A DNA stretch of 64,000 bases. Source: Gammaproteobacteria bacterium. Its GTDB lineage: Bacteria; Pseudomonadota; Gammaproteobacteria; Steroidobacterales; Foliamicaceae. The number at the start of each line of letters is the position of its first letter. Positions within the stretch are counted from its first letter, which is position 1. Position numbers and translations under genes: made by a program. The stretch spans positions 975,878 through 1,039,877 of the forward strand of contig CBDATM010000001.1 of NCBI GenBank assembly GCA_965200225.1, given 5' to 3'. Positions 11,180 to 20,181 of the stretch are shown piece after piece. Under the pieces are notes generated by a model, which saw only the letters and a list, made by a program, of their open reading frames with translations, searched no databases and had not been told where the DNA came from.

Positions 11180-12042
11180 GGGGCCATGTCGCTGCGTTCC
11201 CTCTTGGAGCCGCCCGCCGGCATCGCCGTTGGTCGGATATTGTCCGGCACCCATTGTTCAAGCTGGCATCGGTCGAAGCGGCCATCGACGAGGCTGGCGT
11301 ACACTTCTCCCGGCTCCAGCCCGGTTGCCGGACGCAAATGCGTGACCTTTGGCTCGCCGGGCCTTCCCGGACAGAACCGGTCCAGCTCGTTCTGCGTCTC
11401 CCAATCCGAAGTCCTGAATACCAGCTTGGTGCCCGTGTTCGCCAGCAAGCTGTTCACCGGCGCGTCAACAGTCAGCGTGGAGCCGCTGTCGCAACTAAGC
11501 GCGAACCGGAGGCTGTGAATGGATTGGCAGGCGAGAACGCAATAGACGCCGTACGACCGGCAAGTGTCCAGAAAGGACTGCTCGCCATGGCTCGGATCGC
11601 AGGTGATGAAGCGGTGACATTCGTCCGCAATATACGCGGCCAACGGCAGGCCGTGATCCGGCCTGGTGCGCTTTTCGCTGCGCAGCGCGGCCGAGAAGAA
11701 TGCCGCCTTGAGAACCTTGGTGATCAGGGTTTTCGCAGGCGAGGTGTCGCCCAGCTGGACGAACCAGACGACGCGCTTGCCGGATTCGTCGTCGAGAGCC
11801 GAAGCGAAGTCCAGCTTTTCGGGCATGCTTACGCCGCTGCCCGAGCAGGCCGGCTCGACTCCGAAGTTGAGCATGCGGTCCGGACCGAAATCTGTGAGCA
11901 TATCAAAGGCCGGCTTGGCGCTCCCAAAGGCGGAATAGTGCGGGAATCGGCGCCCCCGCCGTATTCGGCATCTCCCGCAACATCGCTGGCCGATCCGCTC
12001 ATGGCAGCGCCTGCCACGCAGCCTTCGCCCTGGGGCCTGCAA
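11176..12042 (-). CDS. FtsK/HerA/TraD (type IV coupling protein)-like P-loop NTPase fragment
   Basis: YIADECHRFI (Walker B-like), SYGVYCVLACQSIHSL and LLANTGTKLVFRTSDWETQNEL resemble the C-terminal half of T4CP/TraG-D_C proteins. The only Walker-A-like string is a poor GDTSPAKT. The start is uncertain and the first ~45 residues of the ORF look non-coding. Confidence 0.4.
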   Translation of the reverse strand: MQAPGRRLRGRRCHERIGQRCCGRCRIRRGRRFPHYSAFGSAKPAFDMLTDFGPDRMLNFGVEPACSGSGVSMPEKLDFASALDDESGKRVVWFVQLGDTSPAKTLITKVLKAAFFSAALRSEKRTRPDHGLPLAAYIADECHRFITCDPSHGEQSFLDTCRSYGVYCVLACQSIHSLRFALSCDSGSTLTVDAPVNSLLANTGTKLVFRTSDWETQNELDRFCPGRPGEPKVTHLRPATGLEPGEVYASLVDGRFDRCQLEQWVPDNIRPTAMPAGGSKRERSDMAP

Positions 12043-12398
12043 CTCAACTTCCGCAAAGCCTTTGGGGCTGCGCCCCTCCCCGCGCCGCCCAGTCCAGACT
12101 CCTGATCGAACTGCGCCCAGAAATTCGCCAACAAGTTCGGCGTTTACAAATCGAGAGGGCGGTGACGCAAGTGGGCGGGTTGGCTTATACTACGGCGAGA
12201 GGGTGCGGAATCGGGGATTCGGCAGAGCGGCGTAAGGTATCAACCAATGCAGCAACGGCGAATTTTTCCGCCGTTTCTATTTCGAGCCAATGAAAGGCTA
12301 TTGATTTCAGATGCTTGCGTGAAAATGTCCACATACCATCCCTTCCGCCACCCTATCCGCGCCTGCCGCAGGCCTTAGAGCCGGGTTCGAGCCACGCC

Positions 12399-14294
12399 AT
12401 GCTGCAAGTCATTCGCGACCGGCTCAGCGGATGGGTGGCCGGGATCATTTTCGGCGTGATCGGGCTTGCCCTGGTCCTTACGTTCGGTACCATGCGCGGC
12501 GACGTGGGCATGACGGCCAACGTGGTAGCCAGCGTGGACGGCGCGGATATCGGGCAGACCGAGTTTCTCCGCACGGTGCAGGACGAGCAGCTTCGCCTGC
12601 GCGAGCAGTTCGGCGACGGCCTGCCGGAAGAATTCGAGGAGCAGATCGAGGCGCTGGTGCTGGACGACCTGATCGACTCCTACATGATGCGCGCCCATGC
12701 CCGGGAGCGCGGATTCACGACCTCCGACGCGCGGCTGTCGAGCACGATCCGGAGCATTCCCGCCTTTCTCGACCAGGGACAGTTTTCCGTCGACCTCTAC
12801 CGCAGCGCACTTGCCAACGTGGGCGAGACGCCGACTTATTTTGAAACCCAGCAGCGCGGCCTGATGACGCTGCAACAGTTCTACCGGGGCCTCGCGGAAA
12901 GCGCATTTTTTACCCCGGTGGACTTCCGCTTCTATATCGAACTGGTCCAGGAAAGCCGGTCCGTAGAGGGACTGTATGTGAGCCCCGAGCCTTTCCGCGA
13001 CGAGGCGGCGGCGACGGACGAGTTGGTGAGCGAATACTACGAGCGCAACGCATCGGGCTTCTGGACCCGCGAGTCCGTCGATCTCGAATATGTCGAACTC
13101 GACGCGGGCGCTCTGCCCGGCCTGGAAGCGCTGACCGAGCAGGACGCCCTGGAATGGTACGAACAGAATCGCGACCAGTTCATCAGTCCAGTGCAGCGAC
13201 GCTCCAGCCACATTCTGCTTGCGGCCGATCCCGAAGGCAGCGAAGAGGTCCTGGCGCGCGCCGAGGAGGTGGTGGCCCGCCTGGACGCCGGAGAAGATTT
13301 CGCGGCGCTGGCGACCGAGCTATCCGAAGATCCCGGCTCCGCTTCGTCGGGAGGCGATCTGGGCTGGAACGAAGCCGGAGTGTTCGTGCCGGAATTCGAG
13401 GAAGCGTTGTTCGCGCTGGAGGAAGTCGGGCAGTACACCGCACCGGTGCAGTCGCAATTCGGATATCACATCATTCGCCTCGAAGGCTTGCGCGGCGGCG
13501 ACATCGCGCCGTTCGAGTCCGCTCGGGACGATGTTCTGGCGGATCTCGAGGAGCGGCGCAGCAGCGAACGCTTTTTCGACCTGGCTGAGCAGCTTGCCGA
13601 CAAGGCCCTGGAGAGCGATGAAGGGCTGGCTTGGATCGCCGAAGAACTGGAGTTGCTGCTGAAGACTGTGGAAGGCTTTACCCGCGAGGGTGCGGGTGAG
13701 TTTGCCGGGAACCGGCGGATTATCGATGCCGCTTACAGCGAGGAAGTCCTGGACCGCGGGGAGAACTCGCGGATTCTGCAATTGGGGCCGGACCGGGTGG
13801 TGGTGTTGCGTGTCGCCCGCCATCAGCCTTCCGAGCAGCAGCCGCTTGAAGAGGTGACGGAACGCATCCGGGAAATCCTGGTTGGCGATGCAGCCGCGGC
13901 CGCGGCGGCTGTGCAGGGCGCGGCCCTGCTGGAAAGATGGCTCGCTGAAGAAGCCTTGAGCGAGCTGTCGGGCGAGCAGGGCGTGGAACTGTTCGAACAA
14001 CAGGAAATCCGGCGCGATTCGGCCGATTATCCCTCGGAGTTGTTGAATGCCATCTTCGCAGCCGGGCCGGACGAAGGTCCGCAGGGCCTCGAACTGCTGG
14101 ACGGACGCTATGCGCTGTTCGCGGTCGACGAGGTCTCTCCCGGCCGTCCGGAGGAAATTGCCCGCGATCAGCGCGACAGCGTGAAGGCCGACCTGGAAGA
14201 ACGCGAGGGCATGATGGAATACGATGCCTACCGAAGCAGTCTGCGTGATCGGGCACGGGTATGGATCTCACCCGACGCGCTGGGAGAGTCTTGA
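12399..14294 (+). CDS. ppiD: periplasmic chaperone/peptidyl-prolyl isomerase PpiD
   Basis: MLQVIRDRLSGWVAGIIFGVIGLALVL is the N-terminal anchor. The parvulin domain shows SSGGDLGW..FGYHIIRLEG. I trimmed the start from 12315 to the ATG at 12399. Confidence 0.9.
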   Translation: MLQVIRDRLSGWVAGIIFGVIGLALVLTFGTMRGDVGMTANVVASVDGADIGQTEFLRTVQDEQLRLREQFGDGLPEEFEEQIEALVLDDLIDSYMMRAHARERGFTTSDARLSSTIRSIPAFLDQGQFSVDLYRSALANVGETPTYFETQQRGLMTLQQFYRGLAESAFFTPVDFRFYIELVQESRSVEGLYVSPEPFRDEAAATDELVSEYYERNASGFWTRESVDLEYVELDAGALPGLEALTEQDALEWYEQNRDQFISPVQRRSSHILLAADPEGSEEVLARAEEVVARLDAGEDFAALATELSEDPGSASSGGDLGWNEAGVFVPEFEEALFALEEVGQYTAPVQSQFGYHIIRLEGLRGGDIAPFESARDDVLADLEERRSSERFFDLAEQLADKALESDEGLAWIAEELELLLKTVEGFTREGAGEFAGNRRIIDAAYSEEVLDRGENSRILQLGPDRVVVLRVARHQPSEQQPLEEVTERIREILVGDAAAAAAAVQGAALLERWLAEEALSELSGEQGVELFEQQEIRRDSADYPSELLNAIFAAGPDEGPQGLELLDGRYALFAVDEVSPGRPEEIARDQRDSVKADLEEREGMMEYDAYRSSLRDRARVWISPDALGES

Positions 14295-15613
14295 TGAAAT
14301 CCTGGAATCCGCTGCGCTGGCCGCTTTATGCGCAGATATTTGCCGGAATCGCGCTGGGCGTGCTGGCGGGGCTGATCAGCGGGGATGCTGCTGAATTGGC
14401 GCCCGGCCTGACCTTCGATTCGGTCTACGACTACATCGGCTCGCTGTTCCTGAACGCGCTGAAGATGCTCATCGTGCCCCTCATCGCCACGTCCATCATT
14501 TCCGGCGTGGCGGCGCTGAGCGAGCCCGGCACGCTGGGGCGGCTGGGCGGCAAGACCGTGCTTTACTACATGGTCACGTCCACCATCGCCATACTGGTGG
14601 GGTTGACGATTGTGAACCTGGTCCAGCCCGGCATCCTGAACGGCGTTCCGGTGAGGGAACTGCTGGACTTCCAGGCCAACGCCGACGAAGTGGCCGCCCG
14701 CGTGTCGGGGGCCCAGGGCGGCGTCGCGGAGGTGTTTCTGCGCATGTTCCCGCCCAACATCGTAATGGCCGCGGCCGAAGGCCAGATGCTCGGCGTGATC
14801 GTGTTCTGCATTCTGTTCGGGTATTTCATCTCCCGTTTGGCGAAGGCCAAACGGGATCCGGTCACGAACTTTGCCCAGGCCTGCTTCGAGGCCATGATGG
14901 GCGTTACCCGTTTCGTGATGCGGTTTGCTCCGATCGGCGTTTTCGGCCTGGTCGCCTCGGTGGTGGCCGACGTGGGACTGGGCGCCGCCAGACCCCTGGT
15001 GGTCTTTTCGATTACGGTTCTGGCGGCCCTGGCGGTCCATTTCCTGGTGGTGATGCCGCTGATCCTGTTGTTCCTGGCGCGCGTGAATCCATTGCGCCAC
15101 TACCGCGCCATGGCGCCCGCGCTGCTCACCGCCTTCTCGACTTCTTCTTCTTCGGCCACCTTGCCGATCACCATGCGCTGCGTGGAGGACAATGCGCGCG
15201 TGTCCAGCCGCACTACCGGTTTCGTGCTGCCGCTGGGCGCCACGGTGAACATGGACGGCACGGCGCTGTACGAGTGCGTTGCGGTGATCTTCATCGCTCA
15301 GGCGTTCGGTATCGAGTTGACTTTCGGCGTGCAGTTCACGATCGTCGTGACGGCGCTTCTGACTTCGATCGGCGTGGCCGGCGTCCCTGCGGCTTCCTTC
15401 GTGGCCATCGCGGTGATTCTGGGCGCGGTGGGGCTCCCGGTGGAAGCGATCGGAGTTCTGTTTGTCTTCGATCGTATCCTCGACATGTCCCGCACGGCAG
15501 TCAACGTGTTCGGCGACAGTTGCGGCGCGGTGACCATCGCCAGGCTGGAAGGTGAAACGGGCGTCTTGGGCGAGAGTTCTCCACTGCGAGGCGTCGGCGC
15601 CAGAGCGGATTGA
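14294..15613 (+). CDS. dicarboxylate/amino acid:cation symporter (DAACS family)
   Basis: A multi-TM protein with typical DAACS segments (LKMLIVPLI, SSSATLP, GATVNMDGTALYE, DRILDM.RT.VNV.GD). The ATG overlaps the ppiD stop as ATGA. Confidence 0.9.
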   Translation: MKSWNPLRWPLYAQIFAGIALGVLAGLISGDAAELAPGLTFDSVYDYIGSLFLNALKMLIVPLIATSIISGVAALSEPGTLGRLGGKTVLYYMVTSTIAILVGLTIVNLVQPGILNGVPVRELLDFQANADEVAARVSGAQGGVAEVFLRMFPPNIVMAAAEGQMLGVIVFCILFGYFISRLAKAKRDPVTNFAQACFEAMMGVTRFVMRFAPIGVFGLVASVVADVGLGAARPLVVFSITVLAALAVHFLVVMPLILLFLARVNPLRHYRAMAPALLTAFSTSSSSATLPITMRCVEDNARVSSRTTGFVLPLGATVNMDGTALYECVAVIFIAQAFGIELTFGVQFTIVVTALLTSIGVAGVPAASFVAIAVILGAVGLPVEAIGVLFVFDRILDMSRTAVNVFGDSCGAVTIARLEGETGVLGESSPLRGVGARAD

Positions 15614-16170
15614 ACACCCTGCGGACACCGGGTATGCAGCTGGTGCGCGAGCGCCGGACGGTTGCCCTGTTCAAGCGTGAAAAGCCCCCGCGCGAACTGT
15701 TGCTGGCCGCCGTGGAGGCGGCTCGCTGGGCGCCGAATCATCACCTCACTGAGCCCTGGCGCTTTTATCTGCTGGGACCGGGCACGGTAAGCGCGATGAC
15801 CGACATCGCCGAGGAACTGACTTTGGCGAAGAGGGGCCCTGAGGCGGCGAAGAAGAGGCGCGAGTTGATGGAGGCGGTTCCGGAATGGATGGCGGTGACC
15901 TGCCGGCGCTCGGAGGATGCGTTTCGCGAGCGGGAAGACTATGGCGCTTGCTGCTGTGCCATCCAGAATCTGATGCTGTGCTTGTGGGAGGGTGGCTTGG
16001 CTTGCAAGTGGAGCACGGGGGCGCTTACGCGGGATTCGCGTTTCTACGAGTTGCTGGGCGCGGGTGTTGGCGAGCAGATGGTTGTGGGTTTGTTCTCGAT
16101 TGGTTATCCGCGGGTTGTTCCGAAGCAGAAGCGGCGGTCGGTGGAGGAAATCCTTACTACGCTGGAGTAG
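15610..16170 (+). CDS. nitroreductase family protein
   Basis: RRTVALFKRE..LLAAVEAARWAPNHHLTEPWRF and CCCAIQNLML are typical of the nitroreductase fold. The start may instead be the Met at 15634. Confidence 0.8.
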   Translation: MNTLRTPGMQLVRERRTVALFKREKPPRELLLAAVEAARWAPNHHLTEPWRFYLLGPGTVSAMTDIAEELTLAKRGPEAAKKRRELMEAVPEWMAVTCRRSEDAFREREDYGACCCAIQNLMLCLWEGGLACKWSTGALTRDSRFYELLGAGVGEQMVVGLFSIGYPRVVPKQKRRSVEEILTTLE

Positions 16171-16189
16171 TGCTGCCGGCGCTCTCGAT

Positions 16190-16341
16190 GCGCTCTTGCC
16201 GGTGCGGCGTTCGCTATCGCCTTCCCTCGCTGTGGGGACACGCTACGAGCACGTCCTTGTGTGCTCTGCTCGGGCATCCTGCCCTCGCAAGGTCCCCACA
16301 GCGAGGAAAGGCGATAGCGAACGCCGCACCGGCAAGAGCGC
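16190..16341 (-). repeat. palindromic intergenic element, copy A (reverse orientation; core 16231-16300)
   Basis: The ~48-nt arms are complementary except one central C/A mismatch: GCGCTCTTGCCGGTGCGGCGTTCGCTATCGCCTT(C)CCTCGCTGTGGGGA pairs with TCCCCACAGCGAGG(A)AAGGCGATAGCGAACGCCGCACCGGCAAGAGCGC. They flank a core shared with copies at 21675 and 30269. The element lies between the convergent nitroreductase and fabI genes. Confidence 0.85.
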
Positions 16342-16413
16342 ACAAACCCGTGCAGTGGGGCGTCGCATAGTGTCAAAGGGAGAAGAAACCCGCCCTCCGC
16401 AAAAAAAAACGGA

Positions 16414-17196
16414 CTATTCGGGGAAGGTCAGGCCTACGGCGTTCATGCCGGCGTCTACCGGGAGCACTACGCCGGTAATTCCGCTGGCCATTTCGGAGCA
16501 CAGGAACACGGCCGCATTGCCTACTTCTTCGAGGCTTACGTTGCGCTTTAGCGGGGAAGCGCCTTCGTAGTAATGCAGCATTTTCCGGAAGTTTGGAATG
16601 CCGGCGGCGGACAGGGTTTTGATGGGTCCGGGCGATAGTGCGTTCACTCTTATGCCGCGCTTGCCCAGGTCCATGGCCAGGGCGCGCGTAACGGCTTCCA
16701 GGCTGGCCTTTGCGGGTCCCATCACGTTGTAGTTCTGCACGGCCCGGGCCGACCCGGAATAGGAAAGGGTAAGCAGCGCGCCGCCACCGGACATCAGCGG
16801 TGCGGCGGCGCGCGCCAGGGCCGCGAAGCTGTACGCGGAGATGTCGTGGGCTACGCGGAAACCTTCGCGGGATACGCTGTCGGCGAAGTTGCCGCTCAGG
16901 TTGTCGCCGGGCGCGTAGGCAATCGAGTGCACCAGGATATCGAGGCGGGGCCAGGCTTTTCCGAGTTGCGTGAATGCCTCGGCGATCGATTCGTCGCTAC
17001 TCACGTCCAGCGCCAGGCAGAAGGGCGCGTCAAGCTCCCGGCCAAAGTTCTCGGCCCGCTCGAACAGACGCCCGGGCAGCGCGCTGAGCGCCACTTCCGC
17101 GCCTTCGCGCCGCAAACTGCGGGCAATGCCCCAGGCAATGGACCGTTTGCTGGCGATTCCCGCCACCAGCGCGCGTTTTCCCGCAAGTATCGGCAT
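16414..17196 (-). CDS. fabI: enoyl-[acyl-carrier-protein] reductase (NADH) FabI
   Basis: 260 aa starting at [40 protein letters not shown] gives the Y-x6-K motif. The upstream part of the 432-aa ORF is spurious. Confidence 0.93.
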   Translation of the reverse strand: MPILAGKRALVAGIASKRSIAWGIARSLRREGAEVALSALPGRLFERAENFGRELDAPFCLALDVSSDESIAEAFTQLGKAWPRLDILVHSIAYAPGDNLSGNFADSVSREGFRVAHDISAYSFAALARAAAPLMSGGGALLTLSYSGSARAVQNYNVMGPAKASLEAVTRALAMDLGKRGIRVNALSPGPIKTLSAAGIPNFRKMLHYYEGASPLKRNVSLEEVGNAAVFLCSEMASGITGVVLPVDAGMNAVGLTFPE

Positions 17197-17286
17197 GCGC
17201 GGGATTCTACAGGGCATTCCCTGGCCGTGAAAACGCTTTTCCGAACACGCTTTTCCGAAAACCGGCAAAAGGTACAATCCGGCGCT

Positions 17287-17748
17287 GTGCGGCAGGTGGA
17301 GATTTATACTGATGGTGCCTGCTCCGGGAATCCCGGTCCTGGCGGTTGGGCGGCGCTGCTGCGCGCGGGCGAACACGAACGCGAGTTGAGCGGCGCGGAG
17401 CCACTCACCACCAACAACCGCATGGAGTTGACCGCCGCGTTGCGCGCGCTGGAGGCCCTGAAGCGCCCCTGCCGCGTGGTTCTGCACACCGACTCCAAGT
17501 ATTTGCAGCAGGGCATGAACGGGTGGCTGGAGAACTGGAAGCGCAACGGCTGGCAGCGCAAGCGCAAGGGCAGGAAGCCGGCGCCGGTGCTCAACGAGGA
17601 CCTCTGGCGCGGCCTGGACGCCGTTTGCGCCCGGCACCGGGTCGAATGGCGCTGGGTGCCGGCGCACTCCGGCATTGCCGATAACGAGCGCGTGGACCAG
17701 TTGGCGCGTCACGCCATCGATTCCCTGAACGAAGGATCCGGGAGCTAG
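17287..17748 (+). CDS. rnhA: ribonuclease HI
   Basis: [35 protein letters not shown] and [16 protein letters not shown] chose the GTG start at 17287 inside the longer ORF. Confidence 0.9.
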   Translation: MRQVEIYTDGACSGNPGPGGWAALLRAGEHERELSGAEPLTTNNRMELTAALRALEALKRPCRVVLHTDSKYLQQGMNGWLENWKRNGWQRKRKGRKPAPVLNEDLWRGLDAVCARHRVEWRWVPAHSGIADNERVDQLARHAIDSLNEGSGS

Positions 17749-17752
17749 CGCC

Positions 17753-18466
17753 GTGACCGGCCCCGCGCGTCACGTAGCCGTGGATGTGGAGACCACCGGC
17801 CTGAATCCGGCGGGCGGGGACCGCGTCATCTCCGTCGGTTGCGTGGAACTGGTGGAGCGCCAGCTCACCGGCCGGACATTCCACCGGTTGGTGAATCCGG
17901 ATCGCTCCATCCCCGAGGAATCGTCCCGTGTGCATGGAATTACCGACGAGCAGGTGGCCGGAAAGCCCCGCTTTGCCGATCTGGCCGAGGAGTTTCTCGA
18001 TTTCGTGGGCGGAGCGGAGCTGCTCGGACATAACCTGGAATTCGACCGCGGCTTTCTCGATGAGGAACTGCGCCGCGCCGGAAGGACGGAGAGGTTGCAG
18101 GAGCTATGCGGACTTATCTGCACGTTCAAGATGGCGCGAGCGCGCTATCCCACGCAACGCAACAACCTGGATGCCGTAAGTATCCGCCTGGGCGTGGCCT
18201 CCGAATCCCGCGGTTACCACGACGCTCTGGAGGACGCGCGGCTCACAGCCCGGGTGTGGCTGCGCATGACGATGGGGCAGGGGGAGCTGAAAATGAGCGA
18301 CAGCGCCGGCGCGTCCGGACCGCAGGCGCTGAGCCGGCAGGGGCTGAAGCTCGCCTGCTTCGAACCGGACGAGGATGACTTGAAAAGGCACCGGGAAATG
18401 CTGGAAATGATTGACGGCAAGTCGGAACAGGGGGCAGTCTGGCTCAGGGACTTCAAGGAATCGTGA
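17753..18466 (+). CDS. dnaQ: DNA polymerase III subunit epsilon (3'-5' exonuclease)
   Basis: Exo motifs VAVDVETTGL, HGITDEQV and YHDALEDARL. It sits in the classic rnhA-dnaQ neighbourhood. Confidence 0.9.
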   Translation: MTGPARHVAVDVETTGLNPAGGDRVISVGCVELVERQLTGRTFHRLVNPDRSIPEESSRVHGITDEQVAGKPRFADLAEEFLDFVGGAELLGHNLEFDRGFLDEELRRAGRTERLQELCGLICTFKMARARYPTQRNNLDAVSIRLGVASESRGYHDALEDARLTARVWLRMTMGQGELKMSDSAGASGPQALSRQGLKLACFEPDEDDLKRHREMLEMIDGKSEQGAVWLRDFKES

Positions 18467-18511
18467 TCGTCTTCCATTAGAATCCGGCATTTTCCACCCT
18501 CGGAGCCTATC

Positions 18512-20068
18512 GTGACGCAATCCATTTCGTCCGCATTCGCGCAAAACTTTCTGGGCGCCTCGCCTCGCTGGTACAAGCAAACGATCATTGCGTTTCTGAT
18601 CATCAACCCGGTTCTGTGGTTCGGGTCCCAATGGCTGGGGCTGCCGGGCGGCAAGTTTCTGACCGGCTGGTTGCTGGTGCTGGAGTTCATCTTCACGCTC
18701 GCGATGGCGCTGCGCTGCTATCCGCTCCAGCCCGGGGGGCTGCTGGCCATACAGGCCGTGCTGATCGGCATGACTTCGCCGGCCACTCTGTATACCAAGA
18801 CGCTGGACAACTTTCCGGTCATCCTGCTGATGATCTTCATGGTGGCGGGCATCTTCTTTTTGAAGGAGATGCTGCTTTACGTGTTTACCCGCATTCTGCT
18901 GGGCGTGCGTTCCAGGCTGCTGCTTTCGGTGCTGTTCTGCGCTACGGCTGCGGTCCTGTCCGCCTATCTGGACGCGCTCACGGTTACGGCAGTGGTGATC
19001 ACTGTGGCGATCGGCTTTTATCGCATCTACCACTCGGTCGCGTCCGGCCTCAAGGCGGATCAGGTTTCGCGGATTCTGACCGATGACTCGCAGGTTGGGG
19101 AGGAAAGAATGGCGGAGTTGCGCCGGTTCCGGGCCTTCCTGCGCGGTTTGATGATGCATGCCGCCGTCGGTACAGCGCTGGGCGGGGTGACCACGCTGGT
19201 GGGAGAACCGCAGAATCTTCTGCTGGCCAAGGAAGCGGGCCGCGCTTTCGGGGAAGCGGGCTGGAATTTCGGGCAGTTCTTTTTGAACATGGCACCGGTA
19301 ACACTGCCGGTGCTGGTCATGGGCCTGATCACCTGCGCGCTGCTCGAAGCGACCGGCCGATTCGGCTACGGCGTAAAGCTCAGCCCGGCGGTGCGCGAAG
19401 TGCTCGAGCGCTCCGCACGCGAGGCGTCGGAACGCCGCACTCCCGCGCAGAATGCGGCGCTTGTGGCACAGGGCGCGGCAGCCGTCATTCTCATTGTGGC
19501 GCTCAGCCTGCATCAGCTGCACCACACGGAAGTGGGGCTGATCGGCCTGATGATCATCGTGCTGGCCACCGCATTTTCCGGCATCACGGAGGAGCACCGT
19601 CTCGGCAAGGCCTTTCAGGAGGCGCTGCCGTTTACCGCGCTGCTGGTGGTGTTCTTCGGCATCGTTGCGGTGATCTACGACCAGAAACTGTTCAAGCCGG
19701 TCACCGACCTCATCTTCACCCGGGACGGAACCGAACAACTGGCCATCATGTACCTCGCTAACGGGGCGTTGTCGCTCATCAGCGACAACGTGTTCGTGGC
19801 CACGGTCTACATCGCGGAAGTGAAGCAGGCGCTGTTCGACGGACTGATCGACCGGGCCCAGTTCGAGTTGCTGGTGGTGGCCATCAATACCGGCACCAAC
19901 ATTCCCAGCGTGGGAACGCCCAACGGCCAAGCCGCGTTTCTGTTCCTGCTGACCACCGCGCTGGCGCCGGCCATCCGGCTCAGCTATGGCCGCATGGTCT
20001 ACATGGCGCTGCCGTACACCATCGTCATGACGATTACCGGCTTGCTGGCCATCATCTACCTCCTGTAG
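18512..20068 (+). CDS. nhaB: Na+/H+ antiporter NhaB
   Basis: 518 aa. The N-terminus [29 protein letters not shown] parallels E. coli NhaB, and the protein is polytopic. Confidence 0.88.
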   Translation: MTQSISSAFAQNFLGASPRWYKQTIIAFLIINPVLWFGSQWLGLPGGKFLTGWLLVLEFIFTLAMALRCYPLQPGGLLAIQAVLIGMTSPATLYTKTLDNFPVILLMIFMVAGIFFLKEMLLYVFTRILLGVRSRLLLSVLFCATAAVLSAYLDALTVTAVVITVAIGFYRIYHSVASGLKADQVSRILTDDSQVGEERMAELRRFRAFLRGLMMHAAVGTALGGVTTLVGEPQNLLLAKEAGRAFGEAGWNFGQFFLNMAPVTLPVLVMGLITCALLEATGRFGYGVKLSPAVREVLERSAREASERRTPAQNAALVAQGAAAVILIVALSLHQLHHTEVGLIGLMIIVLATAFSGITEEHRLGKAFQEALPFTALLVVFFGIVAVIYDQKLFKPVTDLIFTRDGTEQLAIMYLANGALSLISDNVFVATVYIAEVKQALFDGLIDRAQFELLVVAINTGTNIPSVGTPNGQAAFLFLLTTALAPAIRLSYGRMVYMALPYTIVMTITGLLAIIYLL

Positions 20069-20181
20069 GACGCGACACTATCGCCATTACCGCCCGCGCA
20101 GCCCCGCCTGCGGCGACCCTGCCGGCCTGGCGCCTGCTGGAAACCCATGCGCGTCAGGCCCGCGCCTGGGACCTTGGGGAA

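Larger units (their letters stand above)
9780..12356. mobile_element. decayed integrative islet inserted at the 3' end of tRNA-Asp
   Basis: A 13-bp direct repeat TCCGCCACCCTAT occurs at 9780-9792 (tRNA 3' end) and again at 12344-12356, just upstream of the true ppiD start. The interval holds an integrase relic, a degenerate recombinase-like ORF and a coupling-protein-like fragment. It interrupts the usual hupB-tRNA-ppiD neighbourhood. Confidence 0.55.

Noticed and set aside
12381-12393. CCGGGTTCGAGCC near the distal islet boundary resembles the tRNA-Asp T-arm (GCGGGTTCGAGTCCC), which might suggest a longer duplicated tRNA fragment.
   Set aside because: It lies downstream of the CCGCCA-containing repeat rather than upstream, so the order is wrong for a duplicated tRNA 3' end. 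The match is only ~9 nt.
16231-16300. The idea that the core of element copy A is inverted relative to its flanks (an invertible switch).
   Set aside because: After reverse-complementing copy A, both its left flank (GGTTTGTGCGC..) and its core line up with copies B and C. The whole element is simply in the opposite orientation.
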